Of a stretch of DNA of 64,000 nt, positions 25,481 through 35,130 are shown one piece after another. The stretch is from Amphiscolops sp. MND2022 (Eukaryota). The notes beneath the pieces were generated by a model. The model ran no database searches, had not been told where the DNA came from, and saw nothing but the letters and a program-made list of their open reading frames with translations. A program made the position numbers and the translations under genes. The stretch is taken from contig OZ076409.1 in the NCBI GenBank assembly GCA_964187785.1, positions 10,108,001 through 10,172,000 on the forward strand. The letters are read 5' to 3'. Position 1 is the stretch's first letter. Every line of letters begins with the position of its first letter.

Positions 25481-25510
25481 GAATAAAAATGTTTGAAATT
25501 AAACATTAAA

Positions 25511-25951
25511 TTACATGAGAGTTTTTACAAAGCGAAGCAAATCAGTTTCAGAAATGTAAGAAATCAATGGATAATACGAACTTAACAAAAAATGAGCAAT
25601 ATAAATACAATACAAACCACACAAGTTTGAATTTTGATTTTGTAACGGCGTCTTTGTGGCATCTTTTAATGTCTGCTGAACTTGGATTGGTATCGCGGAG
25701 ATTCTTTTAGCAATATTAGGATAATGTAAAAATAGGTCTAGTCCAAGGGGATCTGCAAAGTTGAAAGTACCTTTCACGTTGCTCCAAACAATCCAATGTT
25801 TCCCAGCGCTGTTTGAGTTTTCTGAATTGACAATTACAAAAGTGTTGTTGGGTAATAGGATAGGAAACTTGTCTGCGGGATAAATTCCTCCAAACTTGTA
25901 TTTCAATCTTGGGCTGTTTTTTATTAGGTGGGCAATGTAATCTTCATCCAT
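25511..25951 (-). CDS. Adenain-like (C5 family) virion maturation cysteine protease
   Basis: GKHWIV, FADPLG, LQNQNSNLCGLYC (His-Asp-Gln-Cys); next to the major capsid gene. Confidence 0.93.
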   Translation of the reverse strand: MDEDYIAHLIKNSPRLKYKFGGIYPADKFPILLPNNTFVIVNSENSNSAGKHWIVWSNVKGTFNFADPLGLDLFLHYPNIAKRISAIPIQVQQTLKDATKTPLQNQNSNLCGLYCIYIAHFLLSSYYPLISYISETDLLRFVKTLM

Positions 25952-25954
25952 TTT

Positions 25955-27262
25955 TCAAGTGGTAGGGTTTAACATGACGTTTTTGGAGACTTTTCTATGA
26001 GAGTCAATGTAAATTGTTGATGCTTTTGCGCCCAACAGAAACACCTCAGTGTTCACTGCCAGCGCTGCTGAAAACTTCAACTCGAGCGAAATGGCAGCGT
26101 TAGTGAGCTCAGGATAAAGAAAATCATGAGATGCTTGTTGGGTGCTTGTCAGGTCAAACACCATTACAAAATGATTAGCATAGTCGGCGAAAGGAATTCC
26201 ATGTCCATGATGACCAAAGGCGAGAGCATCCATTGTTGACATGTAAACTCGTTTTAGATCATCTGTTGCCAAAGGATTTCCTGCACCAGGGTATCCATTC
26301 CGGTAAACAGTAACTTCGTTTAGGTTATGTTTTTGGTAATGAAATGGATTTGTGTCTTTTGAACCAAGAAAAGACGCATTACTGACGAGCGCCAAAGCGA
26401 ATCGTCGAATTGGTTCTCGACTGAAAACGTCTTCCTTACTCCAACTGCGACTACCTGTCGGAATGAGAAATGTTTTGGGTAGAACCTCTGTGTACCGATA
26501 CAGAGCTGGAGTTTTTGTCAGAGTTTTCTCTATGGCTATGAAAACCTGCTCAGAAACTGTCATTTTCCGGACGTAAAGATTGGCTTGGGTAATGGTAATT
26601 TTGTAATTTTTTGCAACGTCATCATGAATCAAAACAAACTCTGGTTTCGAACGGACAAAAGAAATTCGCAAAGTCACTCCACTCAGTAAATGTTTATCAC
26701 AAGAAAATACATCAGCTGCAACTTTTCCAAAAAATGTTAATTCTCCAGACTGTCTCGACTCCAATTCTCTGTTTGTAAATGGAGTTGTTGTACTGTTCCC
26801 AGGATGCTGCTCATATGTATATCCTTGGCAACGTAACCATGTATCTTTGGCTTCCTTGCCATTCGAATATTCGGTTTCAATAAAGGCCTTGTGTGCGTAA
26901 ACACCGTTTGCATTGGAAATTTTTATTCCATTAGCAGTAACAGTGCATTCGGAGAATAGAGAGTGTAATGTATTATTCACAAAAATAGGAGTGTCTGTTT
27001 GTGTTGGATCCGTTGCATCATATCGTAAGTCATTTCCATCGCTTTGTTTATTTTTGCATTTTATCTCGAGAAAAATTTTTTGTATGTCCAAAAAATTATT
27101 TCGGTCTCCTACAACTTCAAATTCCAATGTTAGTCCATTGGGGGAGTAAATCGGGCCAATCTTTTGTTCAAAGGAAGTGTCAAATGTAATCAAAACTGGT
27201 GATCGCTCAAAAATGTCGAGGGAACTATGTGAAGCTTCGAGTGGTAAAATATTAGGCAACAT
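25955..27262 (-). CDS. Major capsid protein (double jelly-roll, Polinton PY), 435 aa
   Basis: SSLDIF N-terminus, LEFEV, NNTLHSLFS...NG, LYVRK, NPFHY, FDLT motifs typical of Polinton MCPs; intact frame. Confidence 0.9.
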   Translation of the reverse strand: MLPNILPLEASHSSLDIFERSPVLITFDTSFEQKIGPIYSPNGLTLEFEVVGDRNNFLDIQKIFLEIKCKNKQSDGNDLRYDATDPTQTDTPIFVNNTLHSLFSECTVTANGIKISNANGVYAHKAFIETEYSNGKEAKDTWLRCQGYTYEQHPGNSTTTPFTNRELESRQSGELTFFGKVAADVFSCDKHLLSGVTLRISFVRSKPEFVLIHDDVAKNYKITITQANLYVRKMTVSEQVFIAIEKTLTKTPALYRYTEVLPKTFLIPTGSRSWSKEDVFSREPIRRFALALVSNASFLGSKDTNPFHYQKHNLNEVTVYRNGYPGAGNPLATDDLKRVYMSTMDALAFGHHGHGIPFADYANHFVMVFDLTSTQQASHDFLYPELTNAAISLELKFSAALAVNTEVFLLGAKASTIYIDSHRKVSKNVMLNPTT

Positions 27263-27625
27263 TTTTGACTTTTGAAAAGAAATCGGACCGACTTCTCTGT
27301 TTGCGTTTTGATTTCGTAATGGTTTTTCGTTTCTTTGAAGAACGTTTGCTTTTTCCACCAATCTGCTTCTTTATCGTCTTTTTCATAGCTGTTTTAGCAG
27401 CCTCACGTGGCGATTTTCGCTTTGCAATAACATCAAAGACCTCAGGGACACTTTGAACGAGCAATTCTTTGCCATTTTTTTTGCAGCAGGTAAAATAAAA
27501 TTTTTTGCAAAGGGTAAAGCCACTCGGCCAATACCGGCTGCCAGTGCACCAATTCCACTACCTCGTTGTCTGTTGTAACTGGCGAAATGGGGTAAATACA
27601 CTTGCTTTGAGTAATAGTCTTCCAT
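27252..27625 (-). pseudogene. Basic core-like virion protein, frameshifted at an A8 run (~27475-27482)
   Basis: YY..Q....QRGSGIGALAAGIGRVALP N-terminus, continued in the -1 frame by GKELLVQ...KQIGGKSKRSSKKRK; QxGxG and QIGG resemble adenain cleavage sites. Confidence 0.8.
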
Positions 27626-28492
27626 TAGGCGAATTTTTTAAATTTTAGGGTCAAAACAACTTGACCTTTACCACAAAAGGGTACCAGGATCCCAGTCTCT
27701 GTTCTGAGTTGAATGCTTATTGTTTGAATATTTTGAACCAACAGTTTCTTGTATTGTAAATCAAAAAATGATCTTGTTTCCAAATTCTGGGTTGTCACGA
27801 CCTTGCCACTTTCAACACGTTTCCCACTATCAATGATTCTCAAAACGGGTGCTTTTACGTCGCCCGTGTTTTGATATTCAATCAAATCAGTGTAAACAAG
27901 AATTAGACTAATGCCAGAAATTCAAATCCACCGGAAAGTCATTCACAACCCATCTACTGTTCAGGATGTCTTCGTTTCCTATATGAATACCAAAAGCAGT
28001 CTCTTTTCCCTTGAATCCAAGTAGGTTGGGGATGTTTCTGTTAGGAAAAGTGTAGCCAGCATATGCATCAAATTTAATTTCTAGGCCATTTTCGGTGGAT
28101 CTATGTTTACCGTCTTCCGTGAGTAAATTTACTTTTGAACGCATTTCAAAAAGTAGGTTGTTGATATGACTGTACATCGAAGGTCTTATCTTTAGTTTTT
28201 GATAATATGGAACAACTGGTTCAGAGTCAATTTCAATTTCCTCTGCTTTTTCTTCATCAATTTCGTCAAGGTTTTCTTCATCTTCCTTCTTTTTGGTAGT
28301 GTGAACGTAATAAAAAAAGTCTGTGTAAACGTTATTAATTTCCGAGGGAAAAATAATTTCTGATAGAGCAACACGCCAGTCGCCTTCCAGGGAAATATTT
28401 TGTGGGAGTTGATTTTTGAATGCTGCCAATGTATTGTCACCAAAAATTTCTAATGACGCTGTGGATAATAAATGAACTTCAAATTCGTCCAT
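27625..28492 (-). pseudogene. Minor capsid (penton-like, Polinton PX) protein, frameshifted near 27915-27922
   Basis: N-terminal FEVHLLSTAS..F.DNTLAAFKNQLP..I.LEGDWRVALSEI; C-terminal LVYTDLIEYQ.TGDVKAPVLRII...ISIQLRT..G..VPF...VLTLKF in the adjacent frame. Confidence 0.88.
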
Positions 28493-29477
28493 TTTTCTTT
28501 TTCACCAAAATCAATTCAGGCTGATAAAACTTGCCCAAGAGTTTTTCCTTCTCAGAGTCCAGTAAGTTGTAAGTTGGGGGATTGAGAGTTGCGATTTTTT
28601 CAATTTGAAAAATTTCGTCGGTAAAATTCTGTTTGTAACCTTTTTTGAAGGGTAAGTTTTCTTTTGACACTCTCACAAAGTCACCGACTCTGAATTTCGG
28701 CACTCGTAGCTGTTTAGTGGACTTGTAAGAAACCAGAGAAATCAAATGAGGTACATCTTTATCTGAAACCTTCTATGGAGCCAATCCTGTCACTCGGTTT
28801 ACTCGTGAATTTATGATGTCAACAAAGTCATGGAGTTTTTTGATGTATTGATAAGACCATCTCTTTTCCAAATGTTTATATATAATGTTTTTTAGATAAC
28901 GAATATTACGTTCTGCAAAAGCAGATTTTGTCTCACTATGAGTGCTGTAAATGTCAATGTTTTTGGAATCGCAGAACTGCTTAAATTCCCCTTTAAACTC
29001 TGATCCCTTGTCTGACCAGATTTTTCCGGGAATGGACTTTGTTATCATTCTTTTGAATGCTCTTGTTGAATCTGCTGCACTTTTTGTTTTCATTGGTTCA
29101 ACCCGTAGGAATCTCGATAGTACATCAACTGCAACTAGCAAGTATTTCACACCGTTGTTGTATTTTGCTAATTTGTCCATATAAGCAACATCTATCGACC
29201 AAATCTCATTGATTCTGTAAGCTTGAACCTTCAATCGTGGAAATTTTTTTCTGGGAGCGTGATATTTTGTATGAGCGTCTGTTTGAGCCAAAAATGTTTC
29301 CACTTTCCTTTTTGGAGGCTTACTAGCTTTTTTCAAGTTTTCAACGCTACCATAAGCAGCTGGACCTTGTGTGTAAAGTTTCTCGAGGGTTTTTCTTTCA
29401 GATTCCGAGAGATGTCCATATTTTCGATCCAGACGCTTTGCTTTTAGCAATTTCTTCAGATTCTTCGTTGCTGGCAT
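28479..29477 (-). pseudogene. int: Polinton rve (DDE) integrase with one in-frame TAG at 28773-28775
   Basis: WSIDV, LVAVDVLSR, WSDKGSEF, AERNIR; after LAP-TAG the frame continues into KFRVGDFVRVS...FKKGY..NFTDEIF...GKFYQPEL. Confidence 0.93.
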
Positions 29478-29982
29478 CTGATTCGTCTCGAGTGGGTTCT
29501 GCTCTCTTTCTTGTTGTACTAGGGTTCAAAATGTTTTTGGCGTTCCGGTTAGGCACTAAATTAGGATTTACCATCAATTCTTTAAGAATGATAGAGTATG
29601 AAGGATCAGTTAGGTTTTTGTTGGGTTGCTGCAGATTATAAAGAAATGTTGAGAGCGAAATTTTTGTGGAAATTTTGTTTACTGTAATATCGCCTGTTTC
29701 ACCAAAATCAATTGTTTCGGAAGATTCAATTTTGTTCAAAATTTCTCTCGTTCTTTGTTTTTGTGCCGCTGTGAGCATATCCAAAGACTTTAAAATATTT
29801 TCTTTACTGGTTTTTTCTTTCTTTTCTACTGTTGAGGGGTCCGGAAAAGTATTGTTTCTTTGCAGTAGAGTGAGAGACTTTGCCTTTTGTTCAACTTCTG
29901 GGTCTCTCAAAACTTGCAGTGTGGAGTGTTTCTGTTGAGTATAAAAACTTTTTGGGATAAGTACAAATTCTTGGGTGTTCAT
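29398..29982 (-). CDS. Polinton hypothetical protein (FVLIP N-terminal motif)
   Basis: ATG-initiated ORF packed between the integrase and the small conserved ORF, overlapping the integrase start. Confidence 0.7.
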   Translation of the reverse strand: MNTQEFVLIPKSFYTQQKHSTLQVLRDPEVEQKAKSLTLLQRNNTFPDPSTVEKKEKTSKENILKSLDMLTAAQKQRTREILNKIESSETIDFGETGDITVNKISTKISLSTFLYNLQQPNKNLTDPSYSIILKELMVNPNLVPNRNAKNILNPSTTRKRAEPTRDESDASNEESEEIAKSKASGSKIWTSLGI

Positions 29983-29990
29983 AACGGAAT

Positions 29991-30293
29991 TCAATCTGTC
30001 AGGTAACAGAAACAAGGCCGAATAATAAAATTTAACAATTTGAGACCTTTTGGTGACATTAAAATTTTTCTGCGTTCCTTATTGGAGGTAGACCTTTTAC
30101 AAAGTAATCTGAGTTGGATTTCGTACTGTTTTAATTCGTCCACGTTGATACCAACCGTTCCATTCACAACATTGATTGCACACTCGCAACAAAATTTCAA
30201 AAATTCCTTGTCACAATGTCGTAGAAGTTTTTGTTGCTGTACTGAAGTGAGTTTTTCCAAGAGACTGAGTGTATGCAAATTTTTCTCGCTCAT
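29991..30293 (-). CDS. Small conserved Polinton-type protein (100 aa)
   Basis: CECAINVVNG.V...RRKIL..KG..LL pattern recalled from small ORFs beside Polinton ATPases; not verified by search. Confidence 0.7.
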   Translation of the reverse strand: MSEKNLHTLSLLEKLTSVQQQKLLRHCDKEFLKFCCECAINVVNGTVGINVDELKQYEIQLRLLCKRSTSNKERRKILMSPKGLKLLNFIIRPCFCYLTD

Positions 30294-30936
30294 TGTTAAT
30301 TTCTGTAATTTTTGCTTGTGACGAAGGCAAATAAAATATTGTTGGTCCTGGTCCTACAATGTTTGAACAAAAGCGTAGACATTCACTTGTCTTTGGATCC
30401 AAATCAATGAGTAAATGACCATGTGGTTCTGCAACAGCGTCTGTGTAGCACTCTTTTAGAAATACAGCTTTGTTTAATTGTCTTCCAAGATATTCAATTT
30501 GCTGTGTGTCACGAGGAGAATTAAAAAGAATAATGTGGGTTGTGTTGAGGTCAATTGTACGTGACCACTTACTTTGATGATACAAATTATGTTTGACAAA
30601 AATACAGTTAATTCCTCTGTGTCGGCCAGAGACTGCAATTTTTGCAAAGTTTTTATCTTGGTAAATTTCTTCGCAAGAGTCGTCAAATATCAGCAAACAC
30701 TCCTGAAGCGTCTTTATCAAATCAAAATCTAGACAACTGATAAACTCGATGTTCATCCGTTTTTCCACTTCTTTGAAAATTTGTTGGAACTCGCGATAAA
30801 AGTAGTAAATTTTTTGAAAGCGTGGATAAAAGGTCTTGGATGTGAGCATAGAAAAAATCAGTCGGGTTTTTCCAGATCCAGATGGTCCAACAACTGACAT
30901 GAAAACTCTTTCTGTAGTAAAAATGATTTTGTTCAT
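30211..30936 (-). CDS. A32/FtsK-like DNA packaging ATPase
   Basis: Walker A GPSGSGKT, Walker B LLIFDD, GRHRGI motif, HLLIDL. Confidence 0.95.
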   Translation of the reverse strand: MNKIIFTTERVFMSVVGPSGSGKTRLIFSMLTSKTFYPRFQKIYYFYREFQQIFKEVEKRMNIEFISCLDFDLIKTLQECLLIFDDSCEEIYQDKNFAKIAVSGRHRGINCIFVKHNLYHQSKWSRTIDLNTTHIILFNSPRDTQQIEYLGRQLNKAVFLKECYTDAVAEPHGHLLIDLDPKTSECLRFCSNIVGPGPTIFYLPSSQAKITEINNEREKFAYTQSLGKTHFSTATKTSTTL

Positions 30937-31211
30937 AATTTTGGGCTAGGTAAAAGATATCCAACTGATCCAGCCAAAAGTGATGTCCAAAATGGCATGT
31001 CTTCACATGATACTTCAAAAAAGATTAGTTTCACCAGACAAATTGTTATCACAAAGAAAGCTGAGAATACATGAACAAAAAATATAACTTGCGATCGTGG
31101 TATGTTTGTAGCAAAACAAAATTTCCAGGCTGGTCTCTCATTATTATCTTTATCGAACACAATTTCTTGACATGATAATACATCTGGTAAATCAACTGTT
31201 TCTGAACCCAT
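30933..31211 (-). CDS. Small two-transmembrane protein (92 aa)
   Basis: Two hydrophobic segments ending GYLLPSPKL; its stop overlaps the ATPase ATG (ATGA). Confidence 0.75.
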   Translation of the reverse strand: MGSETVDLPDVLSCQEIVFDKDNNERPAWKFCFATNIPRSQVIFFVHVFSAFFVITICLVKLIFFEVSCEDMPFWTSLLAGSVGYLLPSPKL

Positions 31212-31548
31212 TTTTCAAAAAGTGTACTACGAAATTATTAAATTCAATTCCAGTTAATTGTACATTATTACACACACGGCGTATATCAGAAATGGTTCAA
31301 AATTGTTAAATAAAATGTTAGTACAAAAGATACAAAAAAATTGTACTGCGGAACATCATGCATTGTTTCCTTAGTACGTGCCGGACCTTGTGTGTCGTTT
31401 ACACAAGTTTTTTGTTGGCTGTCAATGTTGAGGTAGGTTAAGGTGCAGAGACAAGATTTTTCATGCCATTGAGGCACCGAAGGACTACACTACAGAGAGA
31501 GTTAGTTTCAAAACAAAAAAAAAGCATTATATCAAATCACACAAAAAG

Positions 31549-31893
31549 TCAGTTCAAACTTTTGCTCCTTGGTAAGACGAATATTCTTTGGGTTTCCAGC
31601 ATTATAAATGAATTCCATTCTTTATCTTTTGTTTCCAAATCGATTTTGAATTTTGAGCCAGTTTTCCCAGATCCGTAATAGAACCAAATTCTGAGGACAC
31701 TTTTGGATTTGACTACGTCCCTCACTTCTTGTGGTAGATTCGGGCAATTTTTGTCAATTTCGACAGGAGGAGGTGGCCTGGAAATGTGCATGTTTAAAGG
31801 AGGTAGTTTCTTTTTCATCCTGGACAGTTTTGAGTCTCGTGCACTAGAAGCTACTGACATATTCTTTCCAAAAGTCCTGCTTGCTTCCACCAC
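31549..31893 (-). CDS. Polinton hypothetical protein (start uncertain)
   Basis: ORF directly downstream of the nuclease-like gene on the same strand; no motif recognised. Confidence 0.5.
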   Translation of the reverse strand: MVEASRTFGKNMSVASSARDSKLSRMKKKLPPLNMHISRPPPPVEIDKNCPNLPQEVRDVVKSKSVLRIWFYYGSGKTGSKFKIDLETKDKEWNSFIMLETQRIFVLPRSKSLN

Positions 31894-31897
31894 ACCA

Positions 31898-32467
31898 CTA
31901 TTGTTTGGAACAGCCTACACACAAACGCTCAAGTTTGGAGTCAACTTTTGATTGGTTTGCATTGCGCCTACTCTCTAACCACTGATAAGCAACAGCAGTT
32001 TTCAATTTGCTGCAGTGCCAGAAATGTTGTTGTTGACTATTCCATGGGAGAAAGTTTGCGTGGTTCCCACAAGAAACCACAGCATTAACACATAAATGTT
32101 TAATTGGGGGACAACCAAGCCTTTGCAAAATGTAAACTTTTTTAAAATAGTTGGAGATAAATGCTCTCTTCACATGTCCGTCGACAAAAACAATTGCGTT
32201 GGGAAAACGAAGTCGTAAACTGGCCAAATAATTATGGATAGAAGTGTAAGGGTAAACGCCACTGTCCCAGTCAATACCGTGTATTCTTTTTGTTAAGAAT
32301 ATTATCGAGTCGCGGTTAATAGTTGAAATTGTGGAAAAGGCTTGAGGAGGTTTAAAAAGTAGGGTTTTTTGATAATTTTTACTGTGAACGCTCAGCTCTT
32401 TAACGATAAGACCGTTGTAGTCAAACCCTTCAAAGTCAATAACAAGAATTTCGTTCTCATTCAACAT
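31898..32467 (-). CDS. DEDD/DnaQ-like 3'-5' exonuclease-fold protein (189 aa)
   Basis: ILVIDFEGF ExoI-like motif, IVKELSV, LFKPP, IHGIDWDSG; C-terminal Cys/His cluster. Confidence 0.7.
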   Translation of the reverse strand: MLNENEILVIDFEGFDYNGLIVKELSVHSKNYQKTLLFKPPQAFSTISTINRDSIIFLTKRIHGIDWDSGVYPYTSIHNYLASLRLRFPNAIVFVDGHVKRAFISNYFKKVYILQRLGCPPIKHLCVNAVVSCGNHANFLPWNSQQQHFWHCSKLKTAVAYQWLESRRNANQSKVDSKLERLCVGCSKQ

Positions 32468-32871
32468 TCCAATTCACGGAACCAGTGGGCTTGTGCTGAA
32501 TATTTGAGTTTCAAAATGCTCCAGAGAGGGCGAACTGAGCATGACCAAATTTTTTGCAATCTGGTTCTTCTATCCAAGCAGTCACACACGTCACTAAACG
32601 TCCCCATAAGCTCTTGCGAGTCGCGAACAATCACAAATAATCTGTACACTTTGCAATACTTGTAGAAAATTTCACATTTGATTTCTGGTTCTTCTTTCAA
32701 CAAATATTTCAAATGGCCCAAAGTAATGTTGTTGAAGTTGCATTTTTTTAGATATACCAAACAAAAACTTAGCACATACTTTTGATAAGTTTCGAATTTG
32801 TCCGAATTGTCTAATGAAAGTCTATGAAAAGTTTGCTGCACTTTTACAACGTCTATTTTTTGGGGGTCCAT
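32461..32871 (-). CDS. Polinton hypothetical protein (136 aa)
   Basis: First ORF inside the right TIR; its stop overlaps the next ATG (ATGTTGA). Confidence 0.6.
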   Translation of the reverse strand: MDPQKIDVVKVQQTFHRLSLDNSDKFETYQKYVLSFCLVYLKKCNFNNITLGHLKYLLKEEPEIKCEIFYKYCKVYRLFVIVRDSQELMGTFSDVCDCLDRRTRLQKIWSCSVRPLWSILKLKYSAQAHWFRELEC

Positions 32872-33111
32872 TTCCAATTTTGATTCTCGATTCTCAGCAT
32901 TCCTTCCTGCTGCTGATATTTGCTTTATAATGAATTTTTATCAAAACACGTTCGTAACATCAGACGAATAATGCATTCGAACAAAACTGTACATAAATTT
33001 CACACCCTCTCGTACCCTATTAAACTTTGGTGTGAATTATACGACAAACTAGATTACTTTTTATTGGCCGATCGATCGCTTGGCACAACAATACTACAAC
33101 CCGACTTAGTT

Positions 33112-33470
33112 GTTGTACCAGTATTAGTCAATCCAGCTTTACAATTCAATTACAACAAAATTTCAAGGTTAGTACTTTCCAAACTTTCAGGCATTCAAAG
33201 AATAAACAAGAGTGTCTACGCTTTTACATGTACTTTCGCAAAAATCCGATTCCAAAAACGAATACAAAAAGAATCCAAAAAACGAATACAAAAAGAATCC
33301 GACCAATAATTTACTTTCGTAGTCAAAAGCCGAAGTATTTCCGAACACCAATTTGGAAGGACCCCTTCCTTTTAGGGATAGGTCCTAAAATTTCAGAGCA
33401 AGGACCCACCCCGTGAAAACCGAGGACCCCCCCCCCCCCCGTTGAAAGTCCGGCGGAAATCTTAACTACT
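33112..33470 (-). repeat. Right terminal inverted repeat (359 bp)
   Basis: Reverse complement of 16729-17084; ends CTTAACTACT. Confidence 0.96.
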
Positions 33471-33476
33471 CACGAA
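33471..33476 (+). other. Right target-site duplication CACGAA
   Basis: Matches 16723-16728. Confidence 0.95.
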
Positions 33477-33713
33477 AGATCGAATTACCGAATTGCATCC
33501 TTGGTGTAACCGCCAAAGTGCCTCCGGGACGCATAGACACGGTAGAGCCTGACCCAAACTTATGGAGACTACCATCGACGTGCCGAGAGCAAGCCGATGT
33601 CTTCTGATTGGTGGGGACAAAATTGCACGAACACCAACCGACACAGCGTGGCCTCAAAGACCTACGGCTGGCGCAAAACCGAGACGTCCACCTCCCAGCG
33701 TTGAAAAGCCTAA

Positions 33714-33913
33714 NNNNNNNNNNNNNNNNNNNNNNNNNNNNNNNNNNNNNNNNNNNNNNNNNNNNNNNNNNNNNNNNNNNNNNNNNNNNNNNNNNNNNNN
33801 NNNNNNNNNNNNNNNNNNNNNNNNNNNNNNNNNNNNNNNNNNNNNNNNNNNNNNNNNNNNNNNNNNNNNNNNNNNNNNNNNNNNNNNNNNNNNNNNNNNN
33901 NNNNNNNNNNNNN
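33714..33913. other. Assembly gap, 200 N
   Basis: Run of 200 N. Confidence 0.99.
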
Positions 33914-35130
33914 TCAATGAAGAACCATTAGATGACACACTAGTCACCGAGGACGACCAAGACTTTGCCAATCGCTATTACCATCAAAAGAAGGACCTAC
34001 TCTTCATTATCGCGGATGACATATTGTGCGTCCACTACATTCTGCAACAACGCGCAATGCACGTGCGACCGAGCATGATAGTCGTGCTGCAGCTTTATCA
34101 ACACGAGATCTTGTACCGAGCACATTATAAGTCCGGACACCAAGTCGTAGGGAAAGTCCTAACAAGGATTCAAGAGAAGCAAACCTGGCCGGGCATCAAG
34201 CGAGACGTGGAAAATCACACCAAGCAGTGCCTGAAGCACCCTGCAGGGAACCCCTGTTATCCTCCATCCTCTGCAGAACATCAACAGTACCAAGTTTAAT
34301 GACTTGTTCAAATTGATCATTTGAAGCTCTGCAAAACTAAATCAGGCAACACTGGGTTGGTAGGTATCATAAAACCACTTCACGAAATTCGCGGAAGCTA
34401 TCCCATGTGGTCATGACGAATACGACGCCCAGACTACAGCTAAAATCATCCTGAATCATGAACAAGTGTTTTGCACGTCATGGCACTCCTTCCATTATGC
34501 AATCCGACATCGCCACCAACTTTACTGCAGAAAAAGCTCAAGAACTCATGACGCCCTCCCAAGTCACAAAAGTAAGCCCCACCTCAGCTCACCCACGAGG
34601 CAATGGCCTGGTGAAACGACAAAACAGGACACTACTCACCCTACTCAGAGGATACACATCCCGTAGGAAGCAAGACTGGGATGATCATATTAATGGAGTA
34701 CTAGGAGCCTACAATTCCATCCGACACGCGACAACTGGATTTTCACCATACATGCTCCAACATGGGGCCGAAAAGTCAATCCCGCTCTCATTCATGTACC
34801 CTGAATTCGCAGCACAAGGATTCGAGTCGAAGGAAGAGTTCGTAGAGCACTTACTGGCCAGGCATCAAGAAATTCATGAGCTTGTTCGCGGAAACACACA
34901 CCAGGCTCAGCTGAGACAAAAGCAAAAATTCGACAAAGACCTAAAAGCAAAGGGAATGCAGTCTGGGTCTTTTGCCACATAAAACCAAAAAGTGCTACCC
35001 GTAAACTGATAAGCGATTGGCGCGGTCCACACAAAGACACCGATGTTTTGCAAGATGGTGGATTGTACCTGTTGGACACTTGTCAAAAGATCCGCTTCGA
35101 GCGCTTGAAAGAACATATTCCAACACCAGG
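33914..35130 (+). pseudogene. int: Gypsy integrase remnant of element 1
   Basis: QHEILYRAH..SGH...TWPGIKRDV, MQSD, HPRGNGLVKRQNRTLL, YNSIRHATTGFSPY, WRGPH; frameshifted. Confidence 0.92.

Larger units (their letters stand above)
16729..33470 (-). mobile_element. Full-length Polinton/Maverick (adintovirus-like endogenous virus), 16,742 bp
   Basis: Termini AGTAGTTAAG...CTTAACTACT, long TIRs, 6-bp TSD CACGAA at 16723-16728 and 33471-33476; pPolB, integrase, ATPase, protease and both capsid genes present. Confidence 0.98.

Noticed and set aside
33562..34299. ORFs spanning the N run
   Set aside because: Length inflated by 200 N; the real content is gypsy linker and integrase
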